Shown piece by piece: positions 52,649-63,106 of a stretch of 64,000 nucleotides of DNA. The DNA comes from Sarea resinae (Eukaryota). The stretch spans positions 124,001 through 188,000 of the forward strand of contig JAPEUD010000035.1 of NCBI GenBank assembly GCA_026026165.1, written 5' to 3'. Below the pieces are notes generated by a model. That model did no database searches and was not told the origin of the DNA. It worked only from the letters and a program-made list of their open reading frames with translations. The translations under genes and the position numbers were made by a program. The first letter of the stretch is position 1. Each line of letters opens with the position of its first letter.

Positions 52649-52786
52649 CACTCTTGTCCGCCCAAACAATCTTCTTCTCCTCATCAGCTCAATCGTCCGA
52701 CCATCAGCACTCACGTTTACACACATCCTTCACACGCACCACCAAACAAGCCACCAAAAGATTATCTTCCTCGAAAATAAACAAAC

Positions 52787-53511
52787 ATGAAGTCCACAAC
52801 CACCGCCATCCTCTCCGCCCTCTCCCTTGTCCCCTCCCTCATCGCCGGCATGCCCGCCCCCGTTCCGGCCTCAGACTCGGCCTCGGACTCGGCCGTCACT
52901 TTCACCCTCATGGCGGCTCGCTCCGCTTCCCCCATCCACTTCCAAGCCATCAATGCCTCGAGTGAAGAATTCTGGATCGGCAAATCAACCTCAACCTATT
53001 GTGCCATCGATGACTGCCCACCGGGCAACACTACCGCTTTCATCTATGACAACGGCGGTGTCTCTCTCGTACGTCTCTTCGCCCATGTCCTCGTATTCCC
53101 TCTTTTCTTTCTGAACGCTTCACTCCGAGAGTCCTCCCACTAACGATCCCCGACCAGGACACTGAAGTACCCGGCGGCCAACGCGTCTACGTAACTCCTC
53201 TCGGCGTCCTCGGCTTTACCCAAGCACACTCTGCCAGTGCCCCCGAGGGTGCTGACTTTGGCAACTTCACCTACACCCCTGCCACCTCCGCCAACACGCT
53301 CGGATCCCTCTCCTATACGGGCCAGGGCGCCAGCGGCTTCATCGCCTGCCCCTTGAACCCTGCGGAGGAGACAACGTGGCAGATCCTCGCGGACGTGAGC
53401 GGCTTGGAAGACGACGATGTACCGGGCGGGGATCTGTCCGCTTGTCTCGGCTTCTCTGCGACGACGCCCCTGTACACCAGCTCGGATCCCGCTGCTTGGC
53501 AGTATTCTTGA
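52787..53511 (+). CDS. Secreted cell-wall protein, PhiA / IgE-binding-protein family (2 exons, intron 53069-53157)
   Basis: Signal peptide, then FTLMAARSASPIHFQAINAS..FWIG..TSTYC..CPPGN.T, L|DTEVPGGQRVYV..G.LGFTQAHS, GFIACP, WQI.A, CLGF.A and AAWQYS*. Confidence 0.88.
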
Positions 53512-54251
53512 TCGGGACCGGACGAAAGATAGCCATGTTTGACGGGCGACTACTCATCAGCATCGGCTAGTTCGCGGGCTATCCAATCCGGTGTTGGGTC
53601 ACTTGATGAAAATAATATGCCTTTCAATCTGCCCCCGGGGCCCAACCTCATTCACTCGTCTATTGATATTAAGCATTTGTTCGGCGTTCCTGCAGAACTC
53701 TCCTTTATCTGCATATCTTTCTCATGCTCTTAGTCGTCATCTCTCTTTTCGGCTCTATTCCATTTAGCATGTCCAGTTCGGCTGTCATCCAGCAATTTAA
53801 TTTAAAAAAGTTGAGATACATTTGATCACATTGGACACGCAAGTGCTTTTACCAAATATTGTTCACAGCCAGGCTTGCCTGACATCTGGGAAAATTGACG
53901 TGTGCAGACAGTCAGTGGGCTAGGCGGTGTGGAAGCGGAGCTGTAGTGCTTGCTTGCTTGCTTGCTAGAACACGCCTATAGAACGGAGGCACTAGAATGA
54001 CCTGCCTGCTTGCACGTGCGCGCGTAAAAAGGAATGGTTGATCAAATGCTCAAAATGATCCCATGGAGAACATCCATCCGCAATACGAAGAAGAAGAAAA
54101 GAGGCAACGATGCCCGCCGCCCGCCTCATGATATCACATTGTTCACATCCATGCCGTCCCACCACAGTAGCAGCTATTCTGTCCTATCCTGCGGCCAGGA
54201 GAGCATGACAGAGACTGTATTTGTATCGATTGACGCGATACTAGGACATAC

Positions 54252-54577
54252 TGTCATGGAGCAGAATGGTCGGAGGCATGGGGGGATTAGTCAGCATGGT
54301 CTGGAGACGGGATATAGGATGCATAGGAGGTCTTTCGTGTTCGAGTCATTCTTCTACTTCACGTTTTTCCTACATATACAAGTTCTTCAAGCAATCGCTG
54401 CTGTCACTTTCCTATAGTACGGCCATTCAATACAAGCCATGAAGTTCATCAAACATGCAAACTCGCTGAGTGAACCTTGAAGAGATCCCTAGCTGTCTAT
54501 GCTGACAGCCATGGCGGAACCCTGAGGCGACCCAACCTTACAGCACCGATCTGGTGCAACCATTGTACTCCCTCACA
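54252..54577 (+). mobile_element. 326-bp solo-LTR-like (or MITE-like) insertion
   Basis: It is absent from the paralogous arm, begins TGTCA and ends TCACA, has a 15/19 terminal inverted repeat, and is flanked by ATAC/ATAG (4-bp target duplication with one change). Confidence 0.7.
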
Positions 54578-54986
54578 ATAGATAGAAACACGAATTTCGA
54601 GAAAGGCTTGCGCTATGTACGGGCTGTATGCCCATTAATGAATGAACGTATAAACAGATACTTCTTTCGCTCTCATCCCCCCCTAGCGAATGGCTTATTG
54701 TATCTGAACCAAGTCGGATTCTCCACTGCCTACTTGCCTGCCTCGTTCTGAGCGTACGTTGATGAGAAAGGCGTTTGTAACATCGGTCGTCGTTTTCTCA
54801 TCGCGGGTTTCTCGGCTTGAATGAAGATCAGCTGCAGCGAGAGCAAGAGCAGAAGAAGGAACCCTTCCTAGTTCGGATAGCCGCTGGTAACTATGGCGTT
54901 CTGTTAGAAGGACTAGACGTGCCAAAAAAGGATATTCTTGTACAAGCAACGACACTCCCTCCTGTACTATATATAGACGTACCTGC

Positions 54987-55376
54987 TCATTTTGTATCAT
55001 TCCCTGAATCCACCTGGAAGCTCTTGATATCGGCAGTACCCCAATCCATGCAATCGGCCTCATTGTTGTGGTCTGTCAAGGCCTCGATTGGGTCCCCGGT
55101 GCAATCGGTCGAGGCAAAAATCCAGATGGTGAAGGAGTTTGCCGGGTTGACGTCGTACTGGTATGCCGGCATTCCGTCGATGGCTCGACATGCCGCTGTT
55201 GTAGAGGCGGCAAAAGAGCCCCCCAGGGTGGAACAGGAGGACGAGGTGTAGAAGTCGACTTCCCATGTACTACTGTCCGCCGTTGCTGAGCCATTAGCTG
55301 GAGCGGCTGAGCCGGAGCTGATGAGCAGCTGAATGGCGGCGGCGGTGAGAACCGTGAGTTTGGATGAGAATTGCAT
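54987..55376 (-). CDS. Small secreted 4-Cys protein, paralog A (129 aa)
   Basis: Signal peptide MQFSSKLTVLTAAAIQLLISSGSA, four Cys, a 5'UTR intron at 55405-55463 and an intact paralog at 58632. Confidence 0.88.
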   Translation of the reverse strand: MQFSSKLTVLTAAAIQLLISSGSAAPANGSATADSSTWEVDFYTSSSCSTLGGSFAASTTAACRAIDGMPAYQYDVNPANSFTIWIFASTDCTGDPIEALTDHNNEADCMDWGTADIKSFQVDSGNDTK

Positions 55377-58209
55377 GATGATGATGATGATGATGATGCC
55401 GATACTGCCACGGGTTGATGAGCATCACCGCTTGCAAGTTTGCTCGGAGACTCCTGTTCTTACCTGAGAAAGTACAATGATTGCTGGAACGGTCGACGTT
55501 AAGCGGTTTTGCTAGGACACGATCTTGTGGAGGAACAGGGTGGAGTTGTTGACTGTCCGAATATGTGGCTGTCTGTACCAAAGGCATCTCTTCTAACAAG
55601 CCCGGATGAGGGTTTGTTTCTATAGAAGAATTGACCGAGGACCGCGCCATCAACTAAAGCCATATCGGGGAAATGAACTCTCCGTATTACAAGGCGGTCA
55701 CCATGCAACAAGGCGCAGCGGATGTGGGCATGCGGAGTGATATCCTAAGCAACAGCGATGGCGATGCTGGCGAGGGAACCTACTGCAGAGAACAGCGAGT
55801 TGCAAAGTTCCGAGAACGGGGTATAGCTCGAAATCACGGTGACGAGACCATCGTCAAGAGAAAATGAAAGTGTAGGTTGACCGAAAGGCGTCTGAAGCTT
55901 ACCTTTCACCGTTAGAGAGGTCCTGTTGCATATTTAGTAAGACATTCGTCAGGTCAGTGCATACTTCATATCCACCTGGTCGGCGGATAACCAAATAAGC
56001 AGTTTCTTTGACAAAGTAACCCTACTCTACCAATCAGAGCGTCTTATGATATGTTTTGGTATTGCCTGGAAAGAGGTCAGAGACGTACATCAGTTACTTC
56101 CTCTGCTTCCTGATCAGGTACGCACTGAGCTGACGAGTTTCTTACGATATCATGACGGAATACCATGCGACAGAACCTCTTGAATCAATTGGGCATTGCT
56201 GCCCGAGTGCTGCGGGAAGATGATTGTCTACAGCAGCAGAAGATCACGCCGAATTTTCGCTTGATAAACCAACAATCAAGAAGAGGAAGACGGCGCAGAA
56301 GTCACCGTACCCGATGAGGATAATGTTGGTTCGACACGAGAATCTGATCGAGATGATATGAAGCCAATATTGACGAGAATTCGAAGATTCAAACCGGACA
56401 ATTCCGAAAAGGGGAGAGATCAGAGGAAAGAGATCCTGAAAGAGACCGGTTTCCCCTGTCCAAAAGAGGCCCTTGTCTGGTGATCGACCTCAATGGGCCG
56501 TCTTTGATTACTTCATTTAGATCCAGTCCGAATCGGCCGAATTCCTTCCCGCTGATGACAGGAACCAGGTCCCGCCCCGCCCCGCCCCGCGCCCCGCTTC
56601 GCTCCAGACAGGGTCTGCCCCTAGCTAGGCCTCGGGTACTTCGTACCTTCACCCCGCACCTGGGCTTGATCGTGAGCTTGTTGGTCCAGCATCTCGTCGC
56701 CCCACTGCTCTCCTCGACTTCCCCTTTCCCATGTCCTGAAGAGTCTGCTTCGGGCAGTGCACGCTTGGAAGTGTGGGTGAGTGGCTATCTCCTGGAGTGG
56801 CATTGCTGACCTCTGCTGAGTAGAAAAGGTACTGCCGAGGTAGATCAGCACTGTATCGCCTATCAGAGATGATTAAGAGTACATGGGTCAACACTGCGTG
56901 CTAGCTCAGGAGATAGCCGCCTCCAGGTTCCCGGAGCTTGGCCATTTTTGGGGCAGTCAATCTTGTTGCACTTTGCTGTGGTGAAATTATCGGGATAGTC
57001 TGTCTCAGCGTCATAAGAGAGGGGTTATCCTGCAAATCCATGATGCTGGTCGATGTCTTGGCATGTTCAGCTCACTATGACCTCAATCCTTTCTAATGGG
57101 TGCTCTGGTGCTAGGCAGGAAGAGCGGTGTTGCTGCTGCACCGCACGCCCTTAGGGGCTACACTGCGCAGTAGGCTTTCTGCTCCGTCGAGCTCCGGCTG
57201 GCCGTTGTGGCCCATGGATGCCATTCCTTTGGCAAAGTCAAAACACGATGAGCCTCGACATCTGATCGAATCAATGCCGCTACCGCTGATGACGGGGATC
57301 ATTTCCGCTCCATCGCGCCACCACGACCCAAGGATCTTTCTTGGGGCCCTGGGGCCCTGTGCTTCGTACCTTGAACCTACCTTGACCCTATGCTGGGTGA
57401 GGCTCGCGGCTTGCATGTCAATTAGCTTATGTTCGGAATTCGTCTTTCAGGGTCTTGGCTTTACCAGGACCAACTACTGAGACCCAAGGATCCGTCCACG
57501 CTAGCACCTATTGTGCCGCACACGTTGGATTTTATTTTCGATCACATCCGCAAATCCCATGGAGTCTGCATGTAGTGGCATGCTGCGAGTATCATTATGA
57601 TGGTGGCTTATCCGCCGCAGGCTCGACCTAGGCTCTGGGATTTTCCTTGTCTCGCTGATTCTATCAAGTGTCGCCGTGCCTGAGCCGTCTGAGATAGCAT
57701 CACGTCCCGTTCAATGAAGGTCTTAGTATCGGAAAAGAGGTCTTGTCCTTTTCAGCCCCTGCTGGCCAACTTATCAACCTATCAGAATATCAATCAGCTC
57801 ACTATCATGACCAATTCGCTCTGACATTGCCTACCCGACGGGCAGGGAATACGGTAGCGGACACTGCTACGCCGCATGCCTTTAGAGCCTGAGGTCTATC
57901 CATTCTTGGGCTCCGACGAACCTGCAGTGGATCGTATAGGATCTGCTCTAACGCAGTATCTTCAGCAGGTCCTGCCGATGATCTAAACCACGCCTCCGAA
58001 ACAGCCATTCGAAGCTGGGATCAATGACGTCTAAAGAACATGCCACATGTTGCGGGCAGACGATCTATGCATTCCCGACCAGGGATTTGTCAAAATTTAC
58101 TCAGCCGGATACTATCCGGGCAGGTCAGTGATCAATGGCGATCAGTGGTGTTGGCCCGGATGCCGCATTGAAGATGCATGATTACTACAGGAGATAGATG
58201 GACGTTAGC

Positions 58210-59860
58210 TCTATGGGGTATCACTCCGAATGCCAACATCCTCAGCGACTTGTTGCATGGTGACCGCGCTGTGATACGGAGAGTCTATCTCCCCGATACG
58301 AATTTACTTGATGCCGCAGTCCTTTGTTTTCTTTATATAAACCCTTATCTGGACTGGTGAGAGGAAGCTTCGATATCGACAGCAACACATCTGGACCTCT
58401 AACAAGTTCACCCTATTCAGCGTACCAGTGAGTCTAGAACGCTGCCATCTTTCCCCGCCGGTTTCTCACTCAATGATTAGAAATGACTGACTCTTACTGT
58501 AAGATCGTTTCTTAGTAGAACGCTTTATATCTATCGTGCCAACAATCATTGTACTTTCCAAGGTAAGAATAGTCCCCGTGCAAACTTGCGAGCGGTGATG
58601 CTTATCAGGCCGTGGCAGTATCGTCGTCATCATGCAATTTTCATCCAAGCTCACGCTCTTCACGGCGGCTGCCCTTCAGCTGCTCGTCAGCTCCGGCGCA
58701 GCCGCTCCAACCAATGGTTCGACCACCGCAGTTGATGGCACGGCCACCCCAGCGACGGATGATAATTCTTGGTCACTCTACTTCTACACGACCACGGACT
58801 GTTCTTCGGGAAACAATGCCGACTATGTCGAATATGACGCATGGTCCTGTCATCAAATCAACGACGCCAGCGGCGCCTCGGCGTACGAGTACGACGTCAA
58901 CCCTGCTGGTAAATTCACTATCTGGCTCTACGGCTCTACCGATTGTAGTGGTGGCGCCTATGCCAGCCCGTCCGACCACGACAATCTGGCCACATGCTAC
59001 TCTGGGAATATTCAGAGCTTCTCGGTGGATTCAGGGAGTGATTAGGGGACGAGCAGGTACGTCAGTAGATTCTACAGTCTGACCCTTCTCTGCAGGTGGC
59101 TATCCTTTTCTAACCAAGCATCAATAGTTCTCGCCTGCCGATCCGATCCGAATCGAACTTGAAACGCTCTTTTTCCCTCTTTTGCTCTTGCTCCCGCACC
59201 CCCCCAACCCCCTTCGAGCTGGATGTCCAACCAAAGCCGAGAAAAACGCGATCAAGAAAAACAGCGACACATGTGACGGACATTTCGTTCTTGGTTCTCT
59301 AGATGAACGCACAAAATGAGGCAGGCAGGCAGGCAGGCAGGCATTAGGGAATCTAACTTATGAAAGATATGAAAGATATGAAGGGCAAGGGGGAGGGGAA
59401 GAGAGACTTATCTATTTATACATTCATTTAATCGGCATACAGCTAGTACATAGCACAAACCTTTCTCGATTTCGTGTTTCTATCTATGTCCTAGTATTGC
59501 ATTAACAAATACAAATCCAGTCTCTTGTTATACTTCCTTCCTTGGCCGCAGAATAGGATAGTATACCTGCTACTGTAGTGGGACGGCATGGACGCAACCA
59601 TGTGGTATTGTGAGGCGGGGCGTCGGGCTTCGTTGCCTCTTTTCTTCAGAGTAGTATCAGTATTGCGGACAAGTAATCTATTGTCGTTTGAGCTTTCAAT
59701 CAATCCTTTTCCATTCGTTTGTACGCCCACGATTCGAGTAAAGTCAAGCAAGTCAAGTCATTCTAGTTCTCGTTCCATTCCTCTGTTCTATAGCCGTGTT
59801 CTAGCAAGCAAGCAAGCAAGCAAGCACGACACCTCCGCTTCCGCATCGCTCAGCCAACTA
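58210..59860 (+). repeat. Right arm of inverted segmental duplication (partner ~53915-55750)
   Basis: Reverse-complement similarity to the left arm across the promoter, CDS and about 800 bp downstream. Confidence 0.92.
58632..59045 (+). CDS. Small secreted 4-Cys protein, paralog B (137 aa)
   Basis: Signal peptide MQFSSKLTLFTAAALQLLVSSGAA, four Cys aligned with paralog A, TATATAAA at ~58334 and a 5'UTR intron at 58563-58618. Confidence 0.88.
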   Translation: MQFSSKLTLFTAAALQLLVSSGAAAPTNGSTTAVDGTATPATDDNSWSLYFYTTTDCSSGNNADYVEYDAWSCHQINDASGASAYEYDVNPAGKFTIWLYGSTDCSGGAYASPSDHDNLATCYSGNIQSFSVDSGSD

Positions 59861-60493
59861 CGGTACCTACCAACCTAGGTGCGCTCAGCCGCCAGCCGGC
59901 CAGCCAACCGCCGTCCTTGTTTTCCTTCCCCTCTAAAAAAGGACCAACTTTTGAACCGCTCTCCTTGCCACTACCTGACTACCTGACTTACTCATGCTCA
60001 CCTCGTTGGCCATCAGTGATCATCGTAGGATTGTTAGCCACCGCACTACACACAGGAGAGGAGAGAAGAGGAGAGGAGAGAATCTTGCCTCGTCTACCGA
60101 CTGTTGATCGGGCCTGCTGACACACACCACCTTTGTTTTCTTATCACGTCCAAAAGGGGCGTTCGCTCCTATTTTATTTCAAAATTTTTTTGTTTGGTCT
60201 TATTCGTGTCTTGGCTTATCTTCTGATTTCGCTGGTTTCAGTAGTTGGTTTGTTAGGACGCTGTTTTTATGTCGTTTGGTTTCGATATTTGTATATATAT
60301 ATATATATACGCGTTATTTGCACTTTTCTCCCTCTCTCACTCACTCACACACACTCTCTCTTGCTCTCTCTTGGCCTCTCTATAGCGAGCGCACTAGTCA
60401 CCTCTACGGGCCCTATCTACTACTACTACTACTACTAGCTCTCCTGCTCTCCTGCTCTCATACTCTCCGGCTCTCCTGTTCCTAGCGCTACTC

Positions 60494-62182
60494 CTACCCA
60501 TCTCCCGCCCGACGCCTCTCGAGGCCCAAAACCACCGGCCCTTCCCCCTTCTCCTTTCCCTCTCCACCACCGCCGTCGTCCGATTGCGTCCTAGCCTCCC
60601 TTACACCGCCCCGCCATTCTCTACCACCACCCTCCCTAACCCACTCCACCACCCCGCCCCCCTCCCCCCTCCCTAGAACATCGACCCGGAACTCCACCAG
60701 CCCGGGACACAGCCGCGCTAACCCCGCCATCTCGGCCGCACTGCTCGGGAACGTGTCTCGTAGCGCCGTCGACTTTGTGTTCGAGGCCGCGAGCGAGAAG
60801 GACAGGGAGGGCGAGGCGTGGATGGTGATGTTCTGTAGGGTCGGCGCGCGGGCCACGGCGGAGATGAGTGCGGTTTTGAATGTTGGTTGCGGGGATGAGG
60901 CTGGCGGGGTGGCGTTGTCTTTGCCGTCATTGGCGCTCGTGTCGTCGTCGGTGGTGGCATTCGTGACACCCTCAACAGCCGCCGCCGCCACAGCACTTGC
61001 CGGCTCTCTCGCCGGCGCCTCCACGCCCACCGTCACCTCCAGCACCAACAGCTCCGGATGCGCGCCCGTGATCGCGCTCACCTGCGCCACGCTCAGCGTG
61101 AACAAGCTCGTGTTGAGCAGTTTCAGGCCCGTGGGCGCGGTGCCGCCCGTGAGCGCGGCCACGAGCGGGGGACTGTGCGTCGCGTGCAGGGGTGTGATGC
61201 CTCTGGCGGCACTCCGGTCGTGCTTGGGCTTTTCGTCTTTGTTCTTCTTTTTCTTTTTCTTTTTCTCCTCCGCGGCCTTCGTTGCTACTTCTCCTGCTCC
61301 GTGGTCCACATCACCATCACCATCCTCGTGGTCATCCTCGTCGTCGTCCTCATCCCCAGAAGAAGTCTCCGGCGGCACCAGATTTGCCGGGTCATCCGGA
61401 TCGTCGGTCACGTCGGGCGGTGCGAGGTTGAACGCGCAGGTGACGAGCGATGGCCCCACGAGCGCGGGCAGGTCGGCCGCCGGCAGCCGGGCCAGGAACG
61501 ACTCGTCGGCCGGCTGGCTCGTGTAGTTGACTTCGAGGAACCGGAGACCACCACCACCACCACCACCGGCGTTATTCTTGTTGTTCTTCGCCGCATTACT
61601 GGCACTGTCGTCGCCTGCGCTTTTTCTTCCAGCATCCTCTTTCCTGCCACCACTACCGCCCTTGTCCTCCTCCTCCTCCTCCCTACCATGCAAGATGGCC
61701 CCCACCGTGCCCAAGAACCCGGGCGTCGCAAACACGTCGAGCAGATGCAAGCCGCGCAGGCCGGGCGCCAGCACGCGGAAGAAGGCCTCGGCGTCCTCGC
61801 GCGACTCGCGCGACACGCCCGCCAGCAGCTGGCTGTAGACGACCAGACTGCGCAGGCGCGGCAGGCGGGCGCCGAGCTGTGTGAGCCAGCCGGGCGGGTA
61901 GCCGAGCGAGAAGAGCTCGAGGGTGAGGGTCTCGATGGAGGTGGGGAGGGGGGGGATGGTGATGCTGTTGGTAGAGGAGGTGGTGGTGCGCCGAAGGAGC
62001 GCGAGATAATCGTCTGGCTTGATGTCCGAGGTCAGCGTTAGCGCTTTCAGGTTCCGCGTCGTGTCCTCTGGAAAGGCCGGCAGCGTAAAGGACGGCAGCG
62101 GGACCTGGGCTTGTTGGGGCAACAGCGGCGACGAGGGCGCTTGTTGCTTTTGTAACTGCTGTTGTTGGGCCGAGTCCGCCAT
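60494..62182 (-). CDS. Hypothetical protein with RNI/LRR-like repeats and low-complexity inserts (562 aa, intronless)
   Basis: A long GC3-biased ORF with LxxLxL units (IETLTLELFSLGYPPG, LRSLVVYSQL, LRGLHLLDVF, LRFLEVNY). Confidence 0.75.
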   Translation of the reverse strand: MADSAQQQQLQKQQAPSSPLLPQQAQVPLPSFTLPAFPEDTTRNLKALTLTSDIKPDDYLALLRRTTTSSTNSITIPPLPTSIETLTLELFSLGYPPGWLTQLGARLPRLRSLVVYSQLLAGVSRESREDAEAFFRVLAPGLRGLHLLDVFATPGFLGTVGAILHGREEEEEDKGGSGGRKEDAGRKSAGDDSASNAAKNNKNNAGGGGGGGLRFLEVNYTSQPADESFLARLPAADLPALVGPSLVTCAFNLAPPDVTDDPDDPANLVPPETSSGDEDDDEDDHEDGDGDVDHGAGEVATKAAEEKKKKKKKNKDEKPKHDRSAARGITPLHATHSPPLVAALTGGTAPTGLKLLNTSLFTLSVAQVSAITGAHPELLVLEVTVGVEAPAREPASAVAAAAVEGVTNATTDDDTSANDGKDNATPPASSPQPTFKTALISAVARAPTLQNITIHASPSLSFSLAASNTKSTALRDTFPSSAAEMAGLARLCPGLVEFRVDVLGRGEGGGVVEWVREGGGREWRGGVREARTQSDDGGGGEGKEKGEGPVVLGLERRRAGDG

Positions 62183-63106
62183 TATGGAGCCACTGATCTG
62201 TCTACCTTGGGTCCCAGAAGAGAAGAGAGAGAGATGTCAATGAAGAGCTAAGACGGCAGCGGAGTCGTAAAACATAATCGAAACTAAAGTGGTGATCGAG
62301 GAGGGGCGGGGAGGGGAGATCTACGACTACTTATATACCACCATCAATTCTTGTTGACGTCCCTGCCGGCGTGCGGATCGCGATCGACGTGGCGTGGCGC
62401 GGAACGACGGCGGCGGCCACGGCTGCGATGCGATGCGATGCGATGCGATGCGATGCGATCCATGCGATGCGGGGGATGTGGGGTAGCTGGCCATTGTAGC
62501 GAGGCGGATCCGCGTGCGGATTGTGGGGTAGTGTGTTCGCTACTTGATGAGGTGGGGTAGTGTAGGGGGGGATGTGTGAATGTATGGATTCCGTGCGAAC
62601 AGGACGGTGTACGGAGTCAGTCAGGTAGATCGGCAAGCCACCGATACCAGGCAGGTGTCTAGCATCTTTGTGTGTACAGTATGCACGCATGTATGTATGG
62701 ATCCATATCATCCGTAAGCCAGTCAGGCTTGAGATCCTGTGTACTCCGTAGGCAGACGATGCCCTGAGACCTGTGAAAACTTCAGACTCTCGATCAGTTA
62801 CCATTCTCCGCTCGAGCTTCTTCGCGCCATCAATTCGCAATAATGACCGACTATTCTTTGGTACGGCTGTCGAGGACCATCTATTCATTCGCTCACAGAA
62901 GAGTCTTGAGAATTTCTCAGGCGGCATCCAAGTCCTTTACCGCCATTCCACTCGGCCCAGCTGGAGGGACATTCTCTAAAATGCTCAGAGGGTCTGAAGA
63001 GGTGCCCAAATCACGACCAGCTCGTACTTCGTTTATACATCCGTCCATCTATCCAACGCCTAGCTATGTAATCGTATCCCTTATGCTATTATATCATATC
63101 AAAATC

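Larger units (their letters stand above)
53915..55750 (-). repeat. Left arm of inverted segmental duplication (partner ~58210-59860)
   Basis: Blocks such as tgcttgcttgctagaacacgcctatagaac (53950), atagatagaaacacgaatttcgagaaagg (54578) and ggtcaccatgcaacaag (55697) have reverse-complement counterparts at ~59800, 59480 and 58250. Confidence 0.92.

Noticed and set aside
60753..62041. 257-aa and 327-aa + strand ORFs
   Set aside because: Antisense shadows of the GC-rich 562-aa gene.
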